A DNA stretch of 64,000 bases from Haliotis rufescens (Eukaryota), in NCBI RefSeq assembly GCF_023055435.1, contig NW_025963890.1, positions 23,560,001 through 23,624,000 on the forward strand, read 5' to 3'. Below the pieces are notes generated by a model that worked only from the letters and a program-made list of their open reading frames with translations, searched no databases and was not told the DNA's origin. The translations under genes and the position numbers were made by a program. Positions 1 to 14,400 of this stretch are shown in pieces (positions within the stretch are counted from its first letter, which is position 1; each line of letters begins with the position of its first letter).

Positions 1-1
1 T

Positions 2-2910
2 CATTATTGTGACGTCATAATCAGCAGAATCGGCGTAAGGTCTCATTTGACACCTCTTCACCCCAAATCTTTCTCCCTGAGCGATGGTGTGAGTATGGAG
101 GAGGAAGATGGGGAGGATGACATCCGGGCCATCCAGAAATTGCGGAGGGAGCTGCACTGGGAACGTGAGTCCGCACGGACATTACATGTCTCAGCCAACC
201 AGTGGAGGAACATCGTGCGGGAGGGTCTCGTGATCAACAACCAGAGAGAACAGGAAGAAGTTGAATGGAGAATCAGGTATTGTAAATGAACTTTGAGACA
301 CATGTACTTTCGCGAACAGTTCTATGGCAGAGACTATGCGCCCCGACCCGAGTTCATCTTTCAGACACCGGTTGTGGTATTAGCTATACATTCGTACCCA
401 AAACTGTACGCTAGTCACACATTTTGTCTCAACTAAGAAATTAAAAAGACGAAATTCGAAATGATTTAAACATATTTGTATTGACTTGTCAATCTGGATT
501 GGGAAAAACACTTCTTGCTTTCTGGACCCTTTCCAGAAATACATCCCACATATAAACATCATCATTAAAATGTAAATTAGAAAGTGTATTTACAAATGTA
601 GCATAAAATATGGAGAAAGTATATGATGAATAAAATCGAGCACCATGAAACTAAGGGATTTTTTGGCTTGAAACAACAACCACACACACACACGCACGCG
701 TTTTTGAAGAGAAGAATTTTGGAGTGTATTAGTTTTAGCTTTAGGAATTGTAAAATAAGTTTTATCTCTAGATCTTAGATTACTATTAGACAAAAATTCC
801 TTTGTAAGAGAAAGTAAATCTTGAAGATAACCCTGTGCCCGTTTGTTGATAACTTTGTGAAATGTACAACGCTGTCATAACATCTTCCTCTAGAACCTAA
901 AGGCAGCCAACCAGTGTCACAACATTGGCGAGATTTCGGTGAAACTCAGGTAAACCTGTGACAATCCTTGCTGCTCGTAATAAGAACCATAAATGTGTAT
1001 CGCTGTCCCATTCTACTGACTTATATTAAAAAATATGTCCTACATACATTATATACACTTTGAAGCACAGTTTAATCTTCTGATGGATGGAACATTTTTT
1101 AAAACTTTCTCTATGATAGACGTTACATGGTTGGGCCATTTAAATTTGGCAATATCTTCATTTTTGAGTATCATCAGTTGCGGTTCATGTATAAAGCTTT
1201 GCTTGTAGGACACAATAAACACTACATGATATATCCACATGGAAGTCTTAGTGTTAACATAAACTATGATCATCTACATACATATGCTACACCGTTACGA
1301 TATAAAAAGAAATAGGAGTGATCTTGGTATAACGCCAGGGAAATAGGAGTGAGTGAGTGAGTGAGCTGGGTTTAACGCCGCCTCTAACAGTATTCCAGTT
1401 ATATCGCGGCGTGTCAGCTTAATGTGGGAGGAAAGCCCGAAGTGATGCAGATCTCAGACGTTTACCACCTCGGTGAAACCCAAGAGCACGGGTATAGCGC
1501 TGACAAACCTAGAAACATTATCGGGGCGAACCGGGATTCGAACCCACAACAACACACTTTTTGATAAATTTGCAGTCATGCAGATGCTGAATAATATCTT
1601 GTGGCACTGGGCCTAGTACTGAGACAAGTTGGTTTCAGGTACCAGTACCAGCGATCCTTCAACGAGATGCTGAACTTTCAGATTCAGAACTTGAAGGGCG
1701 AGATGCGGGAACTACGGCGGGGCAACAACGAGGCTAGTACCAACGCGGGAGGCGACATGCTGAAGAGGTCCCTGGCTGAGTGTCGTCTCAAAGTAAGACA
1801 TCTTGATACAGATCTCAAGTCCATGAAAAGTGAGTTAGAACAGTTCAAGCTGTTTTCATTGCGTTGTCTTCCATAATCCGATAATATAATGAGATGGGTG
1901 AATTACAACATTCGTAACTGTGTCATCTACCAAAAGTTTTATTTTCACTGTGGCTATTCTAATAGAAAACCTGCAGCATGCAACCAACCTATTGTATACT
2001 TTATTCGACAATGAAACTCTTGGTTGTTTAGAAGATATTTGATTGATTTATGGTCTCACATCAGTGAAATTTAGTTGTAATAAGAGATTGTCAGCCAATA
2101 AGACATCGTTAGAACTACTTGGATGTCTATTTCAATCACTTCACAGTGCTGGAGAAAGCTGATATGAACTTTAGAGTTTTGTTTTACTGAATAATCAACA
2201 TTACTTCAATACTCTAGACGGTTTCTTTAACATTAATATTTCTCAAATAACCCACAAGCACGCATGCCATTGAATGTGCGACTACGAATGGGATTTTTTC
2301 AGTGTTGTTTCTGAATATTGGTGGTGGTGCGAATGGGCCTCCGTGTGGGTACCTAAGACTATGCTAACTAAGGCCACGTTTGTCTTCAGACCTAAGGAGC
2401 ATGTATGAGCGGCAGCTGGACCACGAGTCTGTGGTGTACTCCAATGTCAAGGAGAAACGGAGCGCGGTCGTCAAAGACATCTTGTTCCTGCAAAATATAT
2501 GCATAAAACAACAACAGAAATTTGAAAAAGAATATTTTGCCAAACTCAGACAAAAACATGGTGAGGTTATATTTCATGATAGCAAGGGATGTTTGAGGAA
2601 GATTCGCCCAGAAGGCGTAAAATCTCATCCACCTAATGTCAGAGCCAAAGAGTCCAGCGAAAGGGTCAACGCCAAGAGGTCGGACACATCTGCTGACAGT
2701 ATCGTGGCCAAAGTTTCGAATACATGCACTGATAGCATGAGGATGAAAGACAGCAATATTTCCACCAGAGACGGGGCATCCCTGAAGCACGTCACACACC
2801 ACCATGGCAGGACGCAAACAGACAAAACCAGTGTGCAGTTTCAACGCAGTAAACATGGAAAGCAACACCTTGAGAGAGTGACATACAATGATGATCTATT
2901 CAATTTTTGA
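2..2910 (+). CDS. 3' part of an unidentified coiled-coil protein gene; exons <=2-276, 1639-1829, 2390-2910 (5' end unresolved)
   Basis: Phase-compatible GT-AG junctions (276 ag|gtattg, phase 2; tttcag|1639; 1829 aaaa|gtgagt, phase 1; cttcag|2390) join ORFs 47-289, 1601-1876 and 2380-2910 into one E/K/R/Q-rich heptad-like frame ending in TGA at 2908-2910. AATAAA at 3111-3116. Confidence 0.75.
1347..1548 (-). mobile_element. tRNA-derived SINE family B, 5'-truncated
   Basis: (GAGT)n tail and B box GGGTTCGAATCCC on the minus strand; collinear with the full copy at 21299-21570. Confidence 0.8.
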
Positions 2911-4815
2911 TCATCTTGGGTTACCAACAATACGACACCCTAGGTTACCTATTCGGCTCGACACAGAAGTCATGCCCACCGTGCCTCCAGTCTTAGCTTG
3001 TTTTTGTTATCTTTAAATTATGCAGGCGTTTCGTTTGGGCAGTAGCAGTAGTATCCGTTGTGCTAATTGCAACCAGAAGCCATTTCCCATGTTATCGGGA
3101 TATTATTAACAATAAACTTTTGTATTCTTTAATGAAATATGTCCGTTCTACTTGGTCGGTCTTTCCATTACCAAATTGAATGAAGATATTTATTTTGGAT
3201 ATTTCAATTTTTCTTATCTTGAGAACAACGTCTTTATTGGACAGAAAGATGGATGTCTGGCACTCATACCATGTCCATCTCCGAGTTTATGGCAGTGGAT
3301 GTCAATCTTGCAAATTGCCTGTTTGCCTTTCAACTGAGGCGTGATGACCATGACAGAGTTCTGGCACTATCAGGCATCGTAAATGACAAACGCAGGACAA
3401 ATGTTTCATTTTTTTATGCTTCAAGAATATACATTTCCTTACAAGAGGTCAAAGTAGTCCCAGTATTTAGAATAGTTAACATTTCTGACAGATCCCCAGA
3501 TTTCCGATATAGGAAGATCTACTTCAGTTATGGGTGAATGAGTAACTCGATTGTTATGGACATCCTTCCCCACACACTAAAACCAAGTTCTTGACATCAC
3601 AAAAGCTTATTAGACTTGGATATGTTGGACACTATGTTGTTTCACTCCAAACAAAGAGAGTGAGTTGGGTTTTATGCTGCTTTAGCAATATTCCAACACA
3701 CACATCCAGCAACACCTGAAATGGGCTCAACAGCCAAAACAAAGATGCCAGTCCATTCCACCCATAACTGTGTTGTAGATCACAGGTTTCATGTAACAAC
3801 TAATAATGTTATCTTCAATTCTTATTACGTGAATGTTTAATAATTTTTAACTCATCTAGAAAATTACATTAAATCCCAGTTAATACAAAAACGTTTTTCA
3901 AGGGTGATTAAAAATAATTGACAATTTCTAAATTTTATCTTCAATCAAATATCACATATTCGAATATAAAGTACATAATGACAAAAGTTCAATGAATATA
4001 AACAGATCTGATAGCACTTATTTATCATTAATTTAAGTCTTCCTGCATTAAATTCTTGTTGGCATGACCAGAGACAAATATATTTTCCCAATAAAGATAC
4101 AAGAGTACATGCAGTTCTCTGCAGAAAGACCTAACTTGTTCTTTGTTGACTGTTAAAGAAAACAGAGTTCTATCAATATTCATAGCCCATATTGTTCAAG
4201 TCATTGCAAACACTTCAGCTTCACGGTCATTCACATTCCATCTTAAACCCACATACTCAAGACAGCCATCATTAATCACACCAAACAACAGAAATAAATG
4301 TGGTAGGCATACTTTCCAAAAACATACTACAATGAAACTGTTAATGTGCCAAATCATGAGAAAGTCTGGAGGTATGTATTATTCTATTCTTAATAACATA
4401 TTCCCCAAGCAAGGCCAAATAACTACCCTTTGGAATGCACCTTTTATCACACAGATTCCTTCTCACAGTTCCATGTTTTTGGTAAATGTATTCTAAAGAA
4501 TCTCGACAGGGATGCAGTTGTCACTAGCCTGCTAGCCAGAGTCCATTTGACCAATATTAAAGGTATAAATATTTCAGGGTAAGTTGCATTCCTGTCTCTG
4601 AGATGTGTTAGACTGGGGGGGGGAACTGTGACATACTATAACACAGTTATATCATAATACCAGTTACAAGACAAGATTACAGCCATACATGTTGGTTGAT
4701 ACAGCATGTCTGAACAACTATTTGTGTTATAGGAGGCTTGTAACCTTTCCTGTATGTCTATAGCACACTAAATAGTGATTTGTCAAAAGGTAGGAAATGT
4801 TGGTAGTCCCTAATA

Positions 4816-5793
4816 CAGTAAAACATGGTTATAACGAACTCCAAGGGATTGATGAAACAAACTTGTTTGTAATATCCGTAGATTTGTATATTGGCTTGCC
4901 TCACCATTCATTATATCATTCAGAGTTCTGTAGGCAAAGACTTGATTGAATACCATGGATTGTAAAGAACCATTTAACTTCAATATGTGCAAGAGATTGT
5001 GGGCGTATTTTCAGTCTGGGTTCATATCAACTTGTTGGTAGTCTCAAATGGTAACAATATGATAATATAAGAAACACACATTACAGCACTAGAATTAAGT
5101 TGGAAGAGCGTGTCATGTGACATGAATGGGGATGTCATCTTTGCGGCCATCTCTGATTATTTCAGAAAGTTTGACACTGCTTGAAATAAATGTGCACACG
5201 AGACAATTCAAAATTCAAATATAATTCAAGTGATTGCTTTTTAACCATTGATTAGTTTTAACACATGGGTTGCAACAATGTACTGTGAAACTGCAGAATT
5301 GATTCTCCACTGATTGCAGCTGAGCCTCACCAATCTGTAGGTGAACTGTAGTGAGTGAGTGAGTGAGTATGGTTTTACGCCGCTTTTAGCAATATTCCAG
5401 CAATATCACGGCGGGGGACACCAGAAATGGGCTTCACACATTGTACCCATGTCGGGAATCGAACCCGGGTCTTCGGCGTGACGAGCTAACGCTTTAACCA
5501 CTAGGCTACCCGACCGCCCCGTAGGTGAACTGTAGTGATCATGATTCCCTTCCAAGTATGTCGTTTGATTCCCCTCTGGTGGTGACGGACACGAGTTTGA
5601 CCACATCATTAATTCACACGGGAATATTGAGTTTACTTCTTGCAATGAAACATCAGTTTGTTATATCCATTAATTCATTACACAAAATTTGTTACAATGA
5701 ATTTTATATTACAACATATTGTAAAGCAGTCAGGACTTTTGCATTTTTATAACAGTATGTTATATCAGTGTTCGTTATGACCATGTTCTTCTG
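4816..5793. mobile_element. Tc1/pogo (Tigger-like) non-autonomous element containing a nested SINE
   Basis: TA|cagtaaaacatggttataacgaac ... gttcgttatgaccatgttcttctg|TA: imperfect 24-bp TIRs with TA flanks. Confidence 0.65.
5351..5520 (-). mobile_element. tRNA-Asp-derived SINE family A, full length with TSD
   Basis: A box TAGCCTAGTGG, GTC anticodon loop, B box GGTTCGATTCC, (ACTC)n tail; direct repeat gtaggtgaactgtagtga at 5337-5354 and 5521-5538. Confidence 0.9.
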
Positions 5794-8401
5794 TATTTTA
5801 TCATTCAAGGACGCAAGTTATTCCCACCTGGCCTCCGATTATGATTACTTCCTAGAGAGCCCAACCCCTGCCTCACTACCTACCACAAAACATAGTCATA
5901 ACAACTACACCGTGTGAATGGCTTAGAATAATCTATGGGAAGAAACTTACATAAACAATGAGATGGCAGCAACCTGCATGTTAATACCAACGATGAGAAT
6001 AAAATTTATACAATGAACAACAAATGGATAAGCTGGAGTCTACTCACTGTGACTTTTTATATACTCTGTTGACTATATGCATGGAAACATTGTCTCCAGC
6101 AGAAACAAGTGTGGGAAGAAATGGTATGAAGCTATGACCAACACTTGTACAGACCCTAGTTTGGACTGCTAATGTGCTGGATGTAGATTAGATTGGAAAA
6201 CACCATTGGCAGGTAAATTGGTTCAAATTTGGCTTATCAACATGATCAGACAGCTACCAAAAGCATTCTCAACAAAAGATGAAATATTAATTCTGCAATA
6301 AACAAACTAAAAAATAACCTTAAAAGATCATTATGGATGAGACTTTGGACAATGGCAATGTTTATATGACAATGATAATGATAGCTGCAATAGATTAGAA
6401 GATCTTATTTCAAAATTAATATTTTAGTGAAAATTAATATGTGAAATGAACAATTATTAAATATATCTTGAGATTTTGTCAATTACACATAAAAACAGTC
6501 CATATGATCTATGAAGTAAAACTAAAATATTATTTGTCCATGTTTGACAATTTGTATTCAAAAGATAGGCAATAAAATATTTTTGGGAGGACTGCACTTT
6601 ACTGGGGTCCACTTTTTCGGATTGCAGAACGGAGGACCGAACTCGCATTGCTAAGCTATGTTTATTTGTTAATCTAATTAGCCAACACCTCACCACAGGA
6701 CCATACATGATATCACAAATACATTGAACTTGTGTTCCTAGTGATCAGAACCTGATCATGTGCAGCAGCCATGTTTTTCCCCTGAAACTCAAAAACTCTA
6801 TAAAAATCTAAAAAGATTTTCCTCAAACTACATTGGACTAATATGCTAAGAGTGTTGAGAAGGCTAACCCATAACTTAACTCATGAAGGGGTGTGTGATC
6901 GGAAAGGGGTACCTAACAACCCAAATGATTGTAAAGAGGTGCTTGATCAGAAAGGTGATTCAAGGTCTTAGAGATAGAGTTGGGGATAACCTACGATAGC
7001 CCAAAAGAACTAACCGTAAGAGTGGAGGGTCGAAAAGCCATGCGAGATCAGTGAAATGAGGGCCACAACCTGAAGTCTGATCCAAGAAGCGCTAGCCTAT
7101 AAGCTGTGCCCAGTAAACTGCAGTCTTGCCCAATCTTTCTCAAGTTAAAATGTCCAATGTTATACACTAGACACAAAAGTATATCCTAGGATTCACAGGC
7201 CATTCTGATTTCACTTAATCTCCCATAAATAACATTAAGCACCAAAAAGAACTGTCTTAGCTCCTATACTTCAGCATAGACATTGCAGAAAGTAACATGA
7301 ACAAGTCTAGTAATTTCAAAATTGCATTATGCACTCATGAATAATATCATCCCTCCTCAAGATTGAATTGGCATTTGGAAACACATCTAACTATTCCAGA
7401 GGCAGTCATCCTATTGCCTCCTCAGAGGGGCCTAGCCATTTTGTTATGGATCCACTAAGGCCATACAATCCCTTTACTTGACACCATGTCTTCCACATAG
7501 TTTGGAGATAGTTGAGTAAAAATGGCCTGGGAATCCAAGGATGCTAAAGCTGTACAGTTTTGAATACAGAAGGTTCTAATCTACTGCAGTGGGTACATGT
7601 GACAACAATGGTGGCGTGAACCTTTGGTATTTAGTTCACCTTCAGGAGGAACCCATGATTGAGATGTACATTAGTCATACAGTATCTGCAACATAGCATT
7701 CCATCTTAGGGAACCACTATATGAGCAAATGGAGAAAAGAAGACGGGTTTGAACTTGGATCCTTCAGTACTTGCGTAGGCTTGGCTCCAGACATCTGCAT
7801 AAAAATCCTTCATGCAAACTGAGGTTTGATCATAACTAATGCAATCTTTGGAAATGTTTTCATTTATGCTTTGTAATTATCATTTAAAATAACAATGATT
7901 TGGCTGAATCAATTGTAACTTATCATATAACAGTATGTGTCTACATTTGATTTAACATTGACAATATTGTACCGTTTCACTGACATACTAACATTATGTA
8001 ACCTTTAGTTCCTGTTGTACAGCAAACAACTTTCAAGTCGAGGGAAATTCATTTCTAATCCAGAGAGCTGCTTATACCAAATGCAGTTAAACAACGTAAT
8101 ATAAGAGTATTATATATCCTGACTCATTTCGGGCTGTCAATACATATATCTCAAGTCAAGCCTACTCAAGATAAAGCATCTGCTTGCACCATGTAAAGGT
8201 ATCCTGTTTGAAAGAAATTGAGTTTGTATTTGTCATGAAGTTGTTTACAAAAATATTTGCGCCTATGCTTTCTGTGTATGACCATTAGTCCATCTAAACA
8301 GAAAGCATATCAAACACACATTACAATCTGACACTTAGGTCAGAACTAGTCAAGAAGAAGGTCGTCTCCAACTGTGTCATAGTCAGGTCAAAGTCACTGG
8401 G

Positions 8402-11400
8402 TCAAAGATATGTTGCAACGAGTTCCTCTACATTTCCTGCACCCCAGTGGGTCAGCTGGTCCTGAAATTATCAATTGAGAGGACAATGTTAAACACATGG
8501 GGTTTTCAGAATAAAAACAATGTTTTATTGGTCTGTTTTCAGTCGTACAAATCGGTATCTCTCATACCCTCACTTCTAGTCGCACGTTTAAAAGGAAGCC
8601 AGAAGCTGGAATGTAAACATTAAACTTGTTTCCGTCCGGTTGCGCACACACCTCCCTATGACATGTCACAAATCTCGAAGAATAAGCCATCATTCAGGAC
8701 TGGACTGAACTACTTCCCTGTGGGGATGGCTGGGTGGGAACATACGACTGAAAACAGACCAATAATACATCGTTTTTATTTTGAAAAACTCATGTTTTAG
8801 TCTGTTTTCAGTCGTACAAATAGGTAGAATTCGACGGAACACTGGAAAGAGGGTCTGGAAAGTAATCAGGAAGTGACCTCTTTCANNNNNNNNNNNNNNN
8901 NNNNNNNNNNNNNNNNNNNNNNNNNNNNNNNNNNNNNNNNNNNNNNNNNNNNNNNNNNNNNNNNNNNNNNNNNNNNNNNNNNNNNNNNNNNNNNNNNNNN
9001 NNNNNNNNNNNNNNNNNNNNNNNNNNNNNNNNNNNNNNNNNNNNNNNNNNNNNTAACAGTATTCCAGTTATATCACGACGTGTCAGGTTAATGTTGGAGG
9101 AAAGCCCGATCATCCCTGAAGTGACAATAGAACATGATCAGATGCATGGACGAGACAAGTTGTTTATCACAAACGCACAGCATGGTTAATGCTCTTCGAC
9201 ACATAACTAATTATCGATGAGACAGGACAACTGCACACATCAGTTGAACTGCGATCGAAGTGTGGTCGACGTATAGTTTAGTTACAGAGCAACTCGCAGT
9301 ATACAAGGTAACTAAAAAATACGAGCAGTACTATGAATTATGGGAAGACGATGCATACACCAAATAACCATAATAAAAAAGCCGAAGTACTGCACACAAC
9401 AAAAAAAACCATAAGAATGCGTACATTCACCAACAGCTTTTATTGTAACATGTTATCTGGCACGAAGTTTTGAGCAAAAGGTCCAAAGTGAATAAGCACA
9501 AATTCACTGTCTTTTCTGGGAGATCTGTTGTGCCACCACGAGTGGACCAAACTGTTTGAGTCCTTCAACATCTTCTGTTGAGATATCTCTGAGATAATGC
9601 GAAGCAAACACTGAAGTAGATCTCCAAAAGCAGCCCTCCATAATAGCTTGCAGCGAACAATTACTGTGGAGTGATAATGTTGAAGCTATGGCTCGAACTT
9701 CGTGCGGTGAGAGAGGAGGTGGTAGATGCGAGTCCTTGCGCCTCGTAAGCTCTGAGAATGACCACTCTCAACCAAAAGGAGAGAGTATTACGTGTAATGC
9801 CTTTCTTTGCATTGATTGAGAGCGGTATGAACAGCCATTGAAAATGTTGTCGTCGCTGTTCAGATCGCTGCAGGTAAATATGAAGCGCACGAACAAGGTA
9901 CAGGGTGAGATCAGCGTGACCATGAGGGCCCATAATGGCAGACAAGGAAGGAATCTCGAATCTTGGACAGGAGATTGATTTTTCGCTAAAAAATCCCATC
10001 TGGGACCAAGATGGACGTTGCCATGGTTACGCTGATTGAACGTAATCAAACCGACGTCAATGGCATGTATTTCCGATACTCTCGCTGCCGTAGCCAGCGA
10101 GAGAAGGAAAGCTATTTTCTGAGAAAATAAGTCGAACGCGACCTGATCTAGAGGCTCTTAAGTCTGACTAGACAGGTTGCGCAGAATGACATCGAGGTCG
10201 TAGGCCGGCGGTCGAAAAATTTACGTGACTGATCTTCAACCATGAAGGCACGTAGAATCTTCTGCAACTACGGTATTTCAGTGAGCTTGTTGCCCGTAGG
10301 AGACGTCACCACTGTAGCCAAAGCTGCCAGATAAGTCAAGATCGTCGACCCTTTCAGATGCCGAGATGACCAGAGATAGACTAGGAACTCTGCCACCTGT
10401 GGTGGGGTTGCTACCGCCGGGTTGAAGCCATGAGACCTGGCGAAAATGGAGAAAGTGGCCCACTTGTCATCGTACAGCTTACGAGTCGTACGAGATAAGC
10501 GCTGCCGTCTTAAGCAAACCCAGGCGTGAAGCTGGAAGTTCTTTATCCCCTGATGCAAGTCGTCGTTGTGAGGATGAACAAGGAGGCTGTCTTGATCTGG
10601 TAACGGGAACGGTGGCTGATTGATGATCTGAAGAAGTTCCAGGAACCACGTTCTGGCCGGCCTATAAGGCGCGACCAAAAGCAGATGTAGGTTGGCCGTT
10701 TGACAAACTTTCTCCAGTATCGATGGTAACAGCACTGTTGGCGGAAACGCGTAAGCGTCTAGACCCTCCCACGATATCGCTAGAGGCGGTTGTTGTACCG
10801 GGTTGCGAAGACATGTACTTGGAGCAACCAGAGTTGATCTGTCAGCAGATGATAGACTGTCGGATGGATCATCCACTCCGTGGGAGACGGCCTCTATGGT
10901 CTCGACAGGGCATCGGCTATCACATTCTTGGCCCCCGGGATGTGACAGGCTCTTACGCCCATGTCCAAGTCGTTGACGAGGGCGAGGAACCTGAATGTCC
11001 GGTCCAGAAGGGCCGTCGACCGAGTCGTTCCCTGTTTGTTGATGCAGTGGACGACTGTGGAGTTGTCCGACTGTATCATCAGCCGTTTCTGACAGAGTCA
11101 AGGTTTCCAGAACGCGACCGCCTGAATCACTGCTTCCATCTCAAGGCAGTTGATGTGGAGGATCTTTTCTTCTGGCGACCACAGCCCGGCCACTTGGTCG
11201 TCCCCGAAAGTGCGCTCCCCAGCCTTCCAATGACGCGTCTACGAATAGGTGTAGTATGAATGGAGGCTCGCTCATAAAGACGCCTTCGCAAACGTTCGAC
11301 GGCTGGAGCCACCACTCCAGATGACAACGTAGCTGCGCCGGAAGTGGAACCAGGAGATTGGGAAACTCCAGATGGGGGTTCAGCAATCTCTGCAGCGGAC

Positions 11401-14400
11401 GAAGTTGAAGACGACCACGGCAAGTCAGGTCTTGGGCCGATGTCAACAGACCGAGGACTTCCTGCCTCGTGTGCACTGACGCCGGGGCATGTAGAAGTCT
11501 CGGAACGCTGCTGTCAATCTTGTCCCAAAGGTCTTGAGGTACCTTGACCAGCTTGACCCCCGTCTGGAAGCGTATCCCGATGTACTGTGGATCCCGAGTT
11601 GGTACCAAGTTCGACTTTTGAAGGTTGACGATCCACCCGAGGTACCGTAGTAGACTCAGGGTGGTCGCTAACTCTCCTTGAAGGGCTTCTGTGAACTGGT
11701 GAGCTTGGAGCCAGTCGACTAGGTAGAAGGCGACCCTGATCTACGACCGTCTTCATGATCCGCCTGAAAATGCACAGGGCCGTAGAAATTCCAAACGGGA
11801 GGGCCGACCACTGGTAATGAATACCTTGGTAGACGAATCGGAGGTACTTCTGGAACTCGGAAGCTATTTGTACATGGAGATACGCGTCCTGAAGGTCTAT
11901 TGAGACGAGGAAGTCGCTCGGTAATATCATCCAACGCAGAGAGCTGAGGGATATCATGGTGAATGTGTCGGGTTGTTGGAGATATGTTGCGTTGAACTTC
12001 TTGAGATTGAAAATAAGCCGCATCTTTGTGGAGTTTTTCTTGGGTACTAGAAAGATGGGCGAGTAGTACCCCGGTAATGGTGCCGATGTCCCTAGGCGAA
12101 GTACTGCTGCCTTTTCCACCAACGAATCGATGGCCTCCGTCAGCCGATCCGTTGGTGGAGTGTGGAATGTCGAGGATGACGTCAGTGGTGGCGTTGATCT
12201 CAGGCGTGGGGCGTAGCCTGTTGTCAAAATGTTCTGAATGTAAGGGTCGTTGAGGAAGCCCACCTGTGGGCTTAATGATGAGGTCTCCCCCCTACCGGTA
12301 GCTCGTCTAAAGGTAGTGTCATCAGGGAAGACTCCAACGACGGTGACGGCGGGGGAAGGGTCCTCACTTATATCCCCGCTGGCTCTTTCCCCCTCTGGGA
12401 TACTTTGAAAAGGAGACCTGGCGACCTTTCTTGTCCGAAGCTCTCTTGCGGGACGGCTGTCAAGGCATGTCCCTACGAAAGGCCTGTTGCACATTCACGT
12501 TTCTGTAACGTCGCCGTGGGGCGTTCGAAACCGATGGCCGCCTGGACAGGTTGTGTGAAGCCAAAATGATGATGACACGCTCGGCTTCCCTAGAGTACTT
12601 GTCCAGAACTTCGTAGGTACGACCGTCAAACAACTGTTGCGATGACCACGGGGCCCGTAAGAGTGTCCTGCCATGACGATAATGTAGTTCAGTGCAGTCG
12701 ATGTAACCATGGCGACGTGCCGTAGTTATCTGGCCCGATACATATCGGGACTGGGCGAGGACGTCCGAGATCCACCGTTGCATACAGGTGAGGACCGATG
12801 GCACCGTCCTTTCGTCCTCGTCCTGGGGGTCTTTCTCCTCAAAGTACACGGAGAGGTACTCGATCTGTGTCGACAGCATAGCAAGCGGTTGTAGCTGGTG
12901 ACGAACATCAGTGTCCATGGATTCCAAATGCCTGTCTTCTACAAGAATCTTGGAGGGTGCTGGTTTCTTGAAGAGTAGCCCCCAATCCAAGTCCCTACTT
13001 ATGACATGCCATAAATCGGGTGACGAGATCGAACAGGCGGCTTGCTGAAACTCTGCCCAGGCAGAGCAGAGGTAAATTTCTGGTCCATATCTTTAGCCAT
13101 GGCTCTGAAGACATTGGGAGAAGAAAACTGAAGAGACTGTGGTGTATCTCCGACCTTAAAACCAGCACGCGTCGGTTTGTCATCGTCTTTTGATAACTCA
13201 GGCAGAAAGTTAGATAGCCAAGCAAACAACTCAATGTCTTTGGGAGGCCTAGGAGGGCTGTCGTCACAATCCATTGTGTAGGCGTAGATGAAGGAGCTGG
13301 TGTACTGGTTGACGGTCCATGGACCCCTGACGTAGTTGAATCCTTCTTGGTCGACGCCGCCGAGGCGAGTACCGCCGCCGTGATCTGGTTCTATCAAAGC
13401 CGGGTCGATATGCAAGTGAGACGAGATCTCCCAGAAACTCCCTGTGAGAACGTTGCATGTCCTTGTGGGGACGAGGGCTACGATCTCTAACTATAGAAGT
13501 ACTACGACCCCCTTCGTAGTTATCGTCCGAATCGTACTCCCGACGACCACAAAGGCGATGGACGTCCTCTGTCGTTTACTGTCTCTTGACGAGGCACTCG
13601 ACCTGCCGTCCCGGGAACGGGAACGACTTCTAGAGAGGGATCTGTGTTCCCTGTCGTCCCGCACGACGTCCCTATCGTCGTTGGTAGAACGAGATACGGA
13701 CCGACTGGGGACCATAGTCCCCTCATGGTCCTCGTCACCACACGGTACCGCCGTAACCGATCAACCGATTGACGAAGATCAGTCATGCGGGTAGTATCAT
13801 CAGCAGGCGAACGGTCATGTGTCTTGTCAAAAAACAGAAGTTGACTGAGGCGGGCCTTTTCAACTGATTTCTTGGGTGTCGCTGACTCGCCACCCCCAGG
13901 GCAGGATGTGGAGGGTGCAGAGTCCAAGGATCCACCCGATGACCTTCTCTGCTTGTAGCGCTGGTCAGTAGCCCGCTTCGCCAATGCATGAAGATACAAG
14001 TTAAAGTTTATAGAAGACAAGTGCTCACATTCTTTACAACGTTTATCCCACGAACACGTTGAAAACCCGTCCTTAATGATGCAGGAAGGACAATACTTGT
14101 GAGGATCTACTTTAGACAGTTTTCTTTGCCACGTGTATAATCAAGTCAAACAGCGAAACACGTGTTGAACACAAACAATGGATTACCAAGGATTACATTC
14201 CAGGAGTCTACAGGTAAGACATATTATTATTACTTTATTAGAACAACAACTGAAGAATACAAACTAGCAGTCTACCGCGAATCTTTCTCGGGCGACCAAT
14301 CTCAGAGGCGCGCTGAGAGATTTGTGACATGTCATAGGGAGGTGAGTGCGCAACCGGACGGAAACAAGTTTAATGTTTACATTCCAGCTTCTGGCTTCCT

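Noticed and set aside
5351-5520. tRNA-Asp gene (also 40901, 42457, 52185, 55477, 57684)
   Set aside because: No proper acceptor stem; shared body, tail and TSDs show these are SINEs.
6800-7800. Possible ancient YR-retroelement relic (minus-strand FTGHSL and LRRDDI-like words)
   Set aside because: Only isolated short motifs with stops and no continuous frame; cannot be supported without a profile search.
10723-11259. 178-aa plus-strand ORF inside the DIRS element
   Set aside because: Antisense shadow of GC-rich pol sequence with no recognisable motif.
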